Position numbers and translations under genes: made by a program. Below are positions 15,911 through 24,322 of a stretch of 46,923 bases of DNA, in pieces. How positions within the stretch are numbered: the stretch's first letter is position 1; each line of letters opens with the position of its first letter. The notes beneath the pieces are model-generated. The model made no database searches and was not told the DNA's origin. It worked only from the letters and a program-made list of their open reading frames with translations. This stretch comes from Candidatus Nomurabacteria bacterium (GTDB taxonomy: Bacteria > Patescibacteriota > Minisyncoccia > Phycocordibacterales > UBA9973): positions 1 through 46,923 of the forward strand of contig CALRCI010000001.1 of assembly GCA_943354525.1 (NCBI GenBank), read 5' to 3'.

Positions 15911-16279
15911 CGCGAGGAGTAGGTAAAATCCAAGATTTGACATGTCTGGGAAAAAGCATAGAGTATATGACAAATGCATTGAGCCTGATGTGTCCGCAAT
16001 ACACGTCATTGACATGGCGCATGCATCCAGTTCTTTGGCACACTGGAGTCCCTATCGATAGAAGGGTTGAGTAGAAATGTGGAATAATTTCTGATTCAAA
16101 AATCTGTCAAAACCAAACGCCATTTAATGGCTCGCATGATGCGTCAATCCTTTTCATGAATACGAGAAATCCTTTTTACGAACACTGGATATCTTCTATA
16201 AAGAAAACGGAAACGTCATTACGCAAACAAAAATAACAGGATGAATCTCTTGAATGAGCGCTCTCCTGTTTTTTTATTT

Positions 16280-18025
16280 TTACACTACTTCTAATTGATA
16301 ACACCGTTCGCAGTAGAGCAAATACTTTTCTTTGGGATCAAACAGTGAATCGATTGTTTTACCGCATTTCGCGCACGTACTCGTATATTTCTTACCGGTC
16401 GGCGCCATATGCATGCGCTCTTCCATGCGTACTTGCGGATGACGAGTTGGGAGTGGTAATTTCATATCGCGATAAAATGCAAGCTCGGTCGGCACGATAC
16501 GGAACGGTTTGCCCGTTTCCTCGCATCGAATGGTACCATTCAAGATATCATCCGAAACAGCATCGATGGTTTCAGGAATCTCATCTTTGGCAAGCACGGC
16601 TATATCACCGGCATTGGATTCCGCTTCGCCGGCGACATATCCACCGAATTCCCGTATCGCCGCATCGGTGAGCGGATACGCGATCTGACCGAGAGAAATA
16701 TTGTATGCTTGCGCCGAGAATTCCATGCCGAGTCCGTCGGCATATTCGCCCTGTTCCAGTAACGCAGTTTTAATCGTATCGACGAGGGTAAAATATTCTT
16801 TTTCATCATACTGTTTGTTGAAAACACAACACGATTTACCTTGGAGGCCGAAACACATGAAGCAATACGACACATTCTTACAGTTGAAAATATATTCCGA
16901 ATCAGTGCAATACTTCGACGAAACGGAAAATTTCACCCAGCTCGAACTCGAACCGATATTAGTCGTGCCATAGAGATGATCCGATCCTCCGGAAAAGAGG
17001 AGATCCATCGAATCGTGATGTCCGAGCGGACTATCGGCATGACGAACATGCTCAGCTTTGACCGCATCAACGATATCGTGTACATCCTTGGAATTCACAA
17101 TGCCGACACCAGAGACATTTTGAGATCCGACATTATGCGAAGCATTCATTGGAAGCGTACGTACTAAACCCCAGAATTTTTTCTCATATTCAGCCACTGT
17201 TGTTCGCGAAAGCGGATACACTGACTGCAAAAATTGCTCGTACGCTTCTTTGGAAAGCTGTTCGTTCCAAACACAATACTTCTTGTTGCGCAGATTGACG
17301 CATCCGAAACAATCCTGGCAATTATGGCAGTCAAACAAAAACATTGAATTCAAACAATTATTTGAGAAATACGCAAACGATACGCGAAACAAATGATCAC
17401 AGAGCTGGCTTCCATACACATGATCCGAATTACGGATTGTACGCGAATCCATGACCACTTTGCTCTTGTTCGCGAAGTTGGTATACCACACGTCTTCGCA
17501 TTCGAAGCAGCCACCTGCATAATAGGCATTCTTAGTGTTGCGTCCACCGCTTGAATAATCACTGTTCGTGCTTGCAAGATCGCGATTCAGAAACGACGGC
17601 AACGGAAACTGTTTGCGAAGCGTGAGGAGTTGCGAGAGCGGACTCTGCGCCGGATCGTATTCCATACCGAACGAGAGCGGATCGAATGCATCGCCGATGA
17701 AATACTTATAATCATAAATCGGAAACGGGCAGTCTGGTGGAAAGGTTGAAATCATTTTTTCCGCATGCTCAGGCGCCATGCAATCTCGCTTGAAAAGCCG
17801 AAGCATACCCATATGCACCAGCCGACGCATGCGCCGGCATGTCGGACAGAAAGAGGGCGGCGGGACGCGGAGCATGCGGAGGAATTCGATGTCTTCGTTC
17901 GTGATTTCAAAATCGCCTTCGCAGTGCTCGTGCTTCCCTTTCCAGGTACATGTGCGTGTATGCGGAATAAGCGATTCGAGAATCGGATCCAGAAGTGCGT
18001 CAAATTGTGGGGTTTTGGATTGCAT
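16280..18025 (-). CDS. large cysteine-rich protein, paralog 1 (581 aa, degenerate terminal zinc-ribbon modules); function unknown
   Basis: Long intact ORF. ATG lies directly after the stop of paralog 2. Shares ...CHNCQDCFGCVNLRNKKYCVWNEQLSKEAY... and ...CFMCFGLQGKSCCVFNKQYDEKEY... blocks and the C-terminal ...YCERCYQLE with the other two paralogs. Confidence 0.85.
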   Translation of the reverse strand: MQSKTPQFDALLDPILESLIPHTRTCTWKGKHEHCEGDFEITNEDIEFLRMLRVPPPSFCPTCRRMRRLVHMGMLRLFKRDCMAPEHAEKMISTFPPDCPFPIYDYKYFIGDAFDPLSFGMEYDPAQSPLSQLLTLRKQFPLPSFLNRDLASTNSDYSSGGRNTKNAYYAGGCFECEDVWYTNFANKSKVVMDSRTIRNSDHVYGSQLCDHLFRVSFAYFSNNCLNSMFLFDCHNCQDCFGCVNLRNKKYCVWNEQLSKEAYEQFLQSVYPLSRTTVAEYEKKFWGLVRTLPMNASHNVGSQNVSGVGIVNSKDVHDIVDAVKAEHVRHADSPLGHHDSMDLLFSGGSDHLYGTTNIGSSSSWVKFSVSSKYCTDSEYIFNCKNVSYCFMCFGLQGKSCCVFNKQYDEKEYFTLVDTIKTALLEQGEYADGLGMEFSAQAYNISLGQIAYPLTDAAIREFGGYVAGEAESNAGDIAVLAKDEIPETIDAVSDDILNGTIRCEETGKPFRIVPTELAFYRDMKLPLPTRHPQVRMEERMHMAPTGKKYTSTCAKCGKTIDSLFDPKEKYLLYCERCYQLEVV

Positions 18026-19720
18026 TTATAAAACTTCCTTCTGATAACAACTTTCACAATACACCATCTCAGGCCGCTCTGGCGAGTAGGCGGTCTCAAA
18101 TTCATTCGGGCAGATGCTTCCGTGATCGTGATTTTCTTTTGTACAGGTACATCTACGATGCCAGAGTTTGCGCGGCAGGCGCAGTGCGATACGGTCTTTC
18201 TCGCGGCAGTCAGGACACTTTCTCGGAAGCGGAATGACTTCTCGCTTATAAAACGTTAGTTCGTCAGCAGTAATATTGAAATTCTTCGTGCACGTCGCGC
18301 AGGTGAAAACATTTTTGATAAATGCTTCGTCGACATCAGCGATAGAGTCCGGAACGTCACTCATTGCAATCGTGCCTTTGTCGAATACTCCCGACACTTT
18401 GTCTTCCCAGTGCCAGCCATGCGCCAGCACTTCGTCCCGAGTCATGGGCAAATAAATCGCTCCGCGGGTCTCGTTGTAGTAGACCGGAGCGATAGCGACT
18501 GGGAAAAATTCACCGTATTCTCCCGTCTGCTTCATATGCTCGATGATCTTATTCTTGAGTTCTGTGTATTCTTCCTTGGTGTATTTCTTGTTCAGAATCA
18601 TGTACTCGCCTTTCTTCACCGAGACGCAGCCGAAGAGATTCTGGCTGTTCTGACATGAATCGCAATACATGAGATGCGAATTGTCATAGCAGAGGTGCGA
18701 AAACTGCGTATTATAAATCCCGGTACAGCCTTGGCATTCGTAGCAAAGCTCGACTTTGCGTCCAACGTGATAGAGATCCATCGAGTCCTTGATGTCGAGG
18801 CTTCCATAAATATTTTTGCAATCCTCCGCACGGTCAAGCTCAAAACAATTGTCGACATTTTTGCAGTTAAACAGCAGATTGCCATGGGCGTTCAGATTGC
18901 GTTCGCCCTGCATGAATTTGTGCACGGCACGATATGCAATCATATCTTTGTATTCTCGGAGCAACCCCTCTCGCACGGTATACGATCCGAAATCAATTTC
19001 TTTCATCTTTTCCAAATATTCTTCGCGCGAAAGTTTCTGATTTCTGAACACATAATTCTGATTGCGCAGATTCGAAGACATGAAGCAGTTGCCCGAACCG
19101 TTGACGTCATAACAGTAACGGCAGTCGGTCGAACTGTTGAGCAGGAGGCATGACTGTGATTTGTAGGAATTCTGCGTATCGATACAGTCATGGAGCTTCT
19201 CGCCTTTGTCATAGATGTAACTGCAATCAGTGCAGTCGCGCGAATTCATGCACCACGTAGTGTAGAGGATATTTTCACTATCGAACGTAGCGAACGAAAT
19301 ATATGCGTTCTTGTTATTGCCGCAATGATTCGTGTAATCCGAATTCGTGCTGTTCTTCGCAAGGAGCGCCATGCGTGGAGCTTTGTGCTGGAGTTCTGCG
19401 AACTGCTCGAAGAACGGTCGCGAGAAATCGAAATCCTGTCCCGAATCCGTCACATCCCAAGCGTCACCCCACCAGCAACTGAGACAATACACCTTGTATG
19501 GTTTCTCGGGAGAATAAATCGTCACCGTACTCCTCTGGCATAAGTCGCAATTTCTCCGATAGAGCGTGCGTTCGTTGCGCCATGCATAGCGCCGCTGCTG
19601 CCGGCAATCGACGCACCATGTCGGCGCCGGTACGCCGAGTTTCTCATAGAATGCGAAATCATCCGATTCTATAGTGAAATCCTGGTGGCAGTTCTGGCAG
19701 TTTCGAGTTGCGGGATTCAT
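18026..19720 (-). CDS. large cysteine-rich protein, paralog 2 (564 aa) with N- and C-terminal double zinc-ribbon modules; function unknown
   Basis: N-module CQNCHQDFTIESDDFAFYEKLGVPAPTWCVDCRQQRR...LYRRNCDLC...VYCLSCW recurs at the C-terminus (CATCTKNFNITADELTFYKREVIPLPRKCPDCREKDR...VYCESCYQKE). Start set at ATG 19720, 6 nt after TGCTATTAT. Confidence 0.85.
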   Translation of the reverse strand: MNPATRNCQNCHQDFTIESDDFAFYEKLGVPAPTWCVDCRQQRRYAWRNERTLYRRNCDLCQRSTVTIYSPEKPYKVYCLSCWWGDAWDVTDSGQDFDFSRPFFEQFAELQHKAPRMALLAKNSTNSDYTNHCGNNKNAYISFATFDSENILYTTWCMNSRDCTDCSYIYDKGEKLHDCIDTQNSYKSQSCLLLNSSTDCRYCYDVNGSGNCFMSSNLRNQNYVFRNQKLSREEYLEKMKEIDFGSYTVREGLLREYKDMIAYRAVHKFMQGERNLNAHGNLLFNCKNVDNCFELDRAEDCKNIYGSLDIKDSMDLYHVGRKVELCYECQGCTGIYNTQFSHLCYDNSHLMYCDSCQNSQNLFGCVSVKKGEYMILNKKYTKEEYTELKNKIIEHMKQTGEYGEFFPVAIAPVYYNETRGAIYLPMTRDEVLAHGWHWEDKVSGVFDKGTIAMSDVPDSIADVDEAFIKNVFTCATCTKNFNITADELTFYKREVIPLPRKCPDCREKDRIALRLPRKLWHRRCTCTKENHDHGSICPNEFETAYSPERPEMVYCESCYQKEVL

Positions 19721-19726
19721 AGCCAA

Positions 19727-19732
19727 ATAATA
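19727..19732 (-). promoter_or_regulatory. -10 box TGCTATTAT, 6 nt before ATG 19720
   Basis: Minus strand tgcTATTATttggctATG. Confidence 0.6.
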
Positions 19733-19841
19733 GCATAATTGGGGTATTTGACATTTGACACTCTACGATAGATTGATATACTGAAAGTACAAATTGCCAC
19801 TTGGCACGACTCTGCTATGGCAGAGGTAATTATACAAAAGC

Positions 19842-20237
19842 TCAAGGAAATAATGCCTTGAGCTTTTGCTTTATTACCGCAGATTCTTTGCCTGTTATCT
19901 TACCTAGAATATGACTTAACCTTCGAGCGTCAATGAGGCGCATTTGTGAAAGAATAACGGAACCATGAACATCGCCGGAATCGATTGGCGCATAAAAAAT
20001 TCCTTCTTTTTTATTTGAAGTTATTGGAATACCGTAAAAAATATTTTTGTTGAATTTACGAATGATCAAAACCGGTCTCAAGTATTGACGGCCTTTTCCA
20101 TCTTCTTCACTGCCAACATTTAACCCTAGAACACACCACCATACCTCTCTTTCTGAAAATAAAGGTAGATTTTCATTCGTATGAATTATTTTCTTAGCTT
20201 CGTTCCACCGGTCGAAATCTTTTCCATATATTTGCAT
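19842..20237 (-). CDS. MazF/PemK-family endoribonuclease toxin-like protein (131 aa), no adjacent antitoxin ORF
   Basis: Aligns by eye to B. subtilis EndoA: GSEEDGKGRQYLRPVLIIR vs GSEQGGVRPVLVIQ, and SVILSQMRLIDARRL vs SVILLEQIRTIDKQRL. Visibly AT-richer than its neighbours. Confidence 0.8.
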   Translation of the reverse strand: MQIYGKDFDRWNEAKKIIHTNENLPLFSEREVWWCVLGLNVGSEEDGKGRQYLRPVLIIRKFNKNIFYGIPITSNKKEGIFYAPIDSGDVHGSVILSQMRLIDARRLSHILGKITGKESAVIKQKLKALFP

Positions 20238-20293
20238 AAGAGCGCAGTATAGCTACTGCATTCAGGGCTGACAAGCAACTTATGCACAGCTCA

Positions 20294-20722
20294 TCAGGTC
20301 TGCTTTTTACCCTCTTTGTCGAGATAGCGCTGGAGGATGAGGGCGGCAGCCGAGGCATCGAGCTTCTTCGGAATATGAAACTTCGTCACGCGAGAGAGCA
20401 GTGAACTTTTGCCTTGTCGGCCATGCGCGTCTGCTGAGGTGAAGGATTCGTCTATATAATAGACAGCTCCGGAAATTTTATTTTTGAGCGCGTCGCCAAA
20501 TTCATGGATATTCGCGTTTACTTTGTTCTTCCCTCCCGTGTTATCAGCCGATTCACCGATGACGACTGCACCACATCCGAGTGCCGCATAGAGATTAGCA
20601 ACATCAAAGACCGCTGACGGCGAGCTCTCTAGAACGTCTTTCGGAAATGCCAGCGTGCCATTCTCGTCCGAGACTGCTACGCCAATGCGTTTGGTGCCAT
20701 AATCAATGCCGAGATATTTCAT
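20294..20722 (-). CDS. ruvX: Holliday-junction-resolvase-like pre-16S rRNA nuclease YqgF/RuvX
   Basis: N-terminus MKYLGIDYGTKRIGVAVSD and 142-aa size. TGGTATTCT box 6 nt upstream of the ATG. Confidence 0.9.
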   Translation of the reverse strand: MKYLGIDYGTKRIGVAVSDENGTLAFPKDVLESSPSAVFDVANLYAALGCGAVVIGESADNTGGKNKVNANIHEFGDALKNKISGAVYYIDESFTSADAHGRQGKSSLLSRVTKFHIPKKLDASAAALILQRYLDKEGKKQT

Positions 20723-20728
20723 GAGTAC

Positions 20729-20734
20729 AGAATA
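20729..20734 (-). promoter_or_regulatory. -10 box TGGTATTCT, 6 nt before ATG 20722
   Basis: Minus strand tggTATTCTgtactcATG. Confidence 0.55.
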
Positions 20735-20762
20735 CCATGGAATTTAAGGATTTTAATTGTGG

Positions 20763-20768
20763 TATACT
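20763..20768 (+). promoter_or_regulatory. -10 box TGGTATACT, 6 nt before in-frame GTG 20775
   Basis: tggTATACTggactaGTG. Confidence 0.5.
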
Positions 20769-20774
20769 GGACTA

Positions 20775-21257
20775 GTGTCTGAGCAATACAAAAGGAAACC
20801 AAATACTATCTGTAGTATTTGCAATAAATCCATTTATCGAAGACCGATTGAATTAGAAAAATCTAACGATCGCGCGTTTTGTAGTATGAAATGCTATGGC
20901 ATTTCTAATCGGAAAGAACATCCTTGTGTTGTTTGTGGAAAACTACTTCTATCTTCTTTGAATAAAAAAACTTGTAGTAGAAGTTGTGCTAATACAAATC
21001 GATCTGGCATAAAGTATAAAATTGGTAGACCAAATGATAAAGTGACCTTAGAAAGAAGAATGAAATTTAAACTTCTCGAACAAAGAGGAAAAGTTTGTGA
21101 GAGATGCGGATATACTAAACATGAAATCCTCCAAGTACATCATAAAAATCGAAACCATCAAGATAACCGGATCGAAAACTTAGAACTTATTTGCCCTAAC
21201 TGTCATTGCGAGGAACATTATCTTAAAAACAGCTGGTTGAAAAATTATACAAAATAA
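20775..21257 (+). CDS. HNH endonuclease with N-terminal zinc-ribbon-like CxxC pairs
   Basis: HNH motif CERCGY...LQVHHKNRNHQDNRIENLELICPNCH. In-frame GTG 20775 lies 6 nt after TGGTATACT (the ORF track starts at TTG 20757). AT-rich. Confidence 0.8.
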   Translation: MSEQYKRKPNTICSICNKSIYRRPIELEKSNDRAFCSMKCYGISNRKEHPCVVCGKLLLSSLNKKTCSRSCANTNRSGIKYKIGRPNDKVTLERRMKFKLLEQRGKVCERCGYTKHEILQVHHKNRNHQDNRIENLELICPNCHCEEHYLKNSWLKNYTK

Positions 21258-21272
21258 GGTAACGTACATCTC

Positions 21273-21357
21273 GGAAGCGTGGCGGAGTGGTCTAACGCGC
21301 TTGTCTTGAAAACAAGAGTCCTGAAAGGGACCGTGAGTTCGAATCTCACCGCTTCCG
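21273..21357 (+). tRNA. tRNA-Ser (anticodon TGA), long variable arm
   Basis: GGAAGCG acceptor, GGCGGAGTGGTCTAACGC D region, anticodon arm CTTGT-CTTGAAA-ACAAG, variable arm, T arm GTGAG-TTCGAAT-CTCAC, CGCTTCC-G. Confidence 0.9.
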
Positions 21358-21361
21358 CAAC

Positions 21362-21383
21362 AAAATCCACTTATGCGGATTTT
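21362..21383 (+). terminator. short hairpin after tRNA-Ser
   Basis: AAAATCC-acttatgc-GGATTTT. Confidence 0.55.
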
Positions 21384-21438
21384 CTATATTTAAGGATCCA
21401 AAAGTGTACCCGCGGTCTCACCGCCTTTATTATTTTGG

Positions 21439-21444
21439 TATACT
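21439..21444 (+). promoter_or_regulatory. -10 box TGGTATACT, 6 nt before ATG 21451
   Basis: tggTATACTgatcacATG. Confidence 0.6.
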
Positions 21445-21450
21445 GATCAC

Positions 21451-21993
21451 ATGTCCCTCTCTACACAACCATCCCTGAAAAAAATCTTCATCGCTGGAGC
21501 GTTGGCCGCCATCGGCACAGCCATTATCCTGTGTTCCGGACGTGTCTCCACAAATTCCAGCACGGGTGTGCTTGCCGTATCGGCAAGCACACCGGCTTCC
21601 CCCGCAGAAACGCCGACCCCAACCACAAGCTCCATTGTCGTCATTGGTGGTACGACGATTCCCGTCGAGCTCGAACGCACGAATGCACAAATTCAGAAAG
21701 GCCTCTCAGGGCGCACATCACTTGATGCCGGAAGCGGCATGCTCTTCCTCTTCAGCAAACCGGCAATCTACCGCTTCTGGATGCCCGACATGCACTTCCC
21801 GATCGATATCATCTGGATCAATTCGGGACAGATAGTTTCAATTTCAAAAAACGTGCCGACGACATTCGATCCGACGCATCCGATCTGGTATCGTCCCACA
21901 AAACCGGCGCAGTACGTGCTCGAAGTGAATGCGGGATTTTCTGCAGCGCATCATTTCTCGGCCGGCGACAGTGTGACATTTAAAAACATCTGA
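21451..21993 (+). CDS. DUF192 domain protein with N-terminal anchor
   Basis: ...GLSGRTSLDAGSGMLFLFSKPAIYRFWMPDMHFPIDIIWI... matches the DUF192 (COG1430) core. TGGTATACT box 6 nt upstream of the ATG. Confidence 0.8.
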   Translation: MSLSTQPSLKKIFIAGALAAIGTAIILCSGRVSTNSSTGVLAVSASTPASPAETPTPTTSSIVVIGGTTIPVELERTNAQIQKGLSGRTSLDAGSGMLFLFSKPAIYRFWMPDMHFPIDIIWINSGQIVSISKNVPTTFDPTHPIWYRPTKPAQYVLEVNAGFSAAHHFSAGDSVTFKNI

Positions 21994-21995
21994 GT

Positions 21996-23012
21996 ATGCA
22001 GATCGCTCCGTCAAAAATGAGGCCTGAGGAATGGAATGCATTCGTATACCGGCACTATCCGCCGATCGGTGCATTCATGCAGACGTGGGAATGGGGCGAA
22101 TTCCAGAAATCGCTCGGCCGGTCTGTCGCACGCTACGAGATCCGCAAGCGAAGAGAGCGTGTCGGCGTATTCTTGCTCGTCGAGCACACGCTTCCGCTCG
22201 GATTCCGCTACGGCTACAGTCCACGCGGGCCGGTGCTCGATCCGGTATACGACCTGCAACTCGTGCTCTCTGCTCTTCGCGGATGGGCGCGGGCCAGATT
22301 TCCGAAATTGATTTTTATCCGGCTCGAGCCGCCGCTCGCGGAAATTGCGACTGCTGGAATCAAGGGCATTGCCGCTCCGAAATATTATATCCAGCCACGC
22401 CACAATACTGCCGTCGCGCTTGATGGTAGCGTCGAAACACTTTTGGCGAATCTGCATTCTTCCACGCGCTCCAATATTTCTCGCGCAGAGAAGCGTGGGG
22501 CGACGGTTGTCATACAAGACAAGCTCGCAGGCGGCGATTACACGGCCTTTCAGGAAATGATTCTCGAAACTGAGGCGCGCAACGGCGGTAAAAATATTTT
22601 CCCGAGCGAGATGTATCTCCGTTCATTCTTCGACACCATGCCAGCCAATACGGGAGTACACGATCCGCGGCAAATGACGCTCGGCATCTTCTACGGCTAC
22701 CATGAAGGCGAGGCGGCGGCGGCGCACTTCGTGCTTTTCTTCGGCGACACGGCGACATTTCTCTACGGCGCATCACGGACGAAGCATCTCAATTCCAAAG
22801 TCACCACGCTCCTCCACTGGGCGGGCATCATGCGTGCCAAGGAGCTCGGCCTCGCCCACTATGATATCGGCGGCGTCGATGAGACACGCTGGCCGTCGCT
22901 CACTGCGTTCAAGCAAAGATTCGGCGGACGCACCTGGAATTACGCCGGCAATATCGACATCATCATCCGCCCCCTCTTCTACTGGGTATACAACCTGCTC
23001 CATCGGAGCTAA
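21996..23012 (+). CDS. FemAB-family peptidoglycan bridge-forming aminoacyltransferase
   Basis: 338 aa. N-terminal FMQTWEWGEFQKSLG and overall FemAB/GNAT-duplicate pattern. Starts 2 nt after the DUF192 gene. Confidence 0.8.
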   Translation: MQIAPSKMRPEEWNAFVYRHYPPIGAFMQTWEWGEFQKSLGRSVARYEIRKRRERVGVFLLVEHTLPLGFRYGYSPRGPVLDPVYDLQLVLSALRGWARARFPKLIFIRLEPPLAEIATAGIKGIAAPKYYIQPRHNTAVALDGSVETLLANLHSSTRSNISRAEKRGATVVIQDKLAGGDYTAFQEMILETEARNGGKNIFPSEMYLRSFFDTMPANTGVHDPRQMTLGIFYGYHEGEAAAAHFVLFFGDTATFLYGASRTKHLNSKVTTLLHWAGIMRAKELGLAHYDIGGVDETRWPSLTAFKQRFGGRTWNYAGNIDIIIRPLFYWVYNLLHRS

Positions 23013-23104
23013 CACCTGCCCCGCGGAAACTTCGCCTTAGCGAGCTCTTTGACTTTATGGAATTTTAGCTGTATGGTAGAGAAAAATTCACTAAAAATAA
23101 ACTT

Positions 23105-24220
23105 ATGAAAACAAACTTCGAATTCATCGACGGTCATGGACACATACTGCCTATGCCCAATCAAATTCCTTATAGTATCAAAAAGAAAGGCTACTTTAAT
23201 GTGGTGATTGAACGCGATAGAGCTTTTATGGCTCAGTACTTCATCAAATGGAAACGGCCTATTTCTGACGAGACATTCTTCATCGAGCCTCGTCTTGAGT
23301 GGATGGCTAAGCATAATATTGCGCATACCGTGATGCTCACTCTGTCACAATTTTATTGCAATGGAATTCTAAAGAAAGATGCATTGGAAATAATAAAATT
23401 TCAAAATGATTTCCATGCAGAATTGCAATCGAAATACCCACGCCAAATCACTGCGGGATTCGTAGTTCAGCCATTATTTATTGGAGAAGCACTTATGGAA
23501 TGCGACAGAATGGTCAAACAAGGATTAAAAATTCTTTGTCTCCCGACTCATTATATAAATGATAAAGGTAATTTCGTATCATGCACGGATGAGAATTGTT
23601 GCAAATTATTTCGATTTGCCAATGACAATAATCTTGCTATTCATTTTCATCCCTACGATTATGAGAGAATGATACACATTGAAGACCTCGATGCATTTGG
23701 CGGAGGACATATCACCGCTATGGTGTACCTTACTGGACATTTTCATTATGTCTTTTCATGTAGAAACATTCATGGTAGATTCCCTGACCTTCGTTTCAAC
23801 TTATCCCATGGCAATATGATGGCGAATTTCAGCATGGGGAGAAAATCTCAATGGAAAGATGGCAGGCCGGATTACTTCGAAGGAGTTACTACGACTCCAG
23901 AAGAAGAGTTGCGCGCACCAAATGTTTTCTTTGATACTATCGTTCATGACCATCGCATAATCAGAGACCTCAAAGAAAAATCTGGTTCAGATAACATGAT
24001 TTTTGGTATAGATTCTCCGTATCCCTTAGGAGATGGTATAGATTATGTACAATCAAAAATTCCGAAATATCCTACCTACACACTGGACCTTGCGGAAGAA
24101 AATGACTTCATAACCGCAGATGAGAAATATGCGATTACGAGGGAACATGTGTTTGATTGGCTGTATGGCAAGAATTCTGAAAAAGCGGCCGCAGTAAAAA
24201 AAATGATTTTCGCGCCGTAA
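23105..24220 (+). CDS. amidohydrolase-2 (TIM-barrel metal-dependent hydrolase/decarboxylase, COG2159-like)
   Basis: Metal-ligand motifs IDGHGHILP, HFHPYD, and the C-terminal FGIDSPYPLGD aspartate. AT-richer than the flanks. Confidence 0.75.
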   Translation: MKTNFEFIDGHGHILPMPNQIPYSIKKKGYFNVVIERDRAFMAQYFIKWKRPISDETFFIEPRLEWMAKHNIAHTVMLTLSQFYCNGILKKDALEIIKFQNDFHAELQSKYPRQITAGFVVQPLFIGEALMECDRMVKQGLKILCLPTHYINDKGNFVSCTDENCCKLFRFANDNNLAIHFHPYDYERMIHIEDLDAFGGGHITAMVYLTGHFHYVFSCRNIHGRFPDLRFNLSHGNMMANFSMGRKSQWKDGRPDYFEGVTTTPEEELRAPNVFFDTIVHDHRIIRDLKEKSGSDNMIFGIDSPYPLGDGIDYVQSKIPKYPTYTLDLAEENDFITADEKYAITREHVFDWLYGKNSEKAAAVKKMIFAP

Positions 24221-24255
24221 TATTCAAAATGAAACGACCACTTAACTAGAAAGTC

Positions 24256-24284
24256 AAAACTCTTCCGAATCTCGGAAGAGTTTT
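24256..24284 (+). terminator. 13-bp hairpin plus T-run after the amidohydrolase gene
   Basis: AAAACTCTTCCGA-atc-TCGGAAGAGTTTT followed by TTT. Confidence 0.8.
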
Positions 24285-24322
24285 TTTATGTGTCACAAAG
24301 GGTTATACTAAAGCGTTACCCC

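Noticed and set aside
15239-15922. 227-aa plus-strand ORF
   Set aside because: Antisense to the DedA and CsaA-like genes.
21408-21425. GTACCCGCGGTCTCACCGCC, which resembles the TACCCGCC...CGGTCTCA end of the family-1 core
   Set aside because: Only about 15 nt match, with an internal 7-nt gap, and there are no flanking arms. This is compatible with chance.
23009-23326. 105-aa minus-strand ORF overlapping the start of the amidohydrolase gene
   Set aside because: It overlaps the well-supported amidohydrolase N-terminus (IDGHGH metal motif) in antisense. No independent signals.
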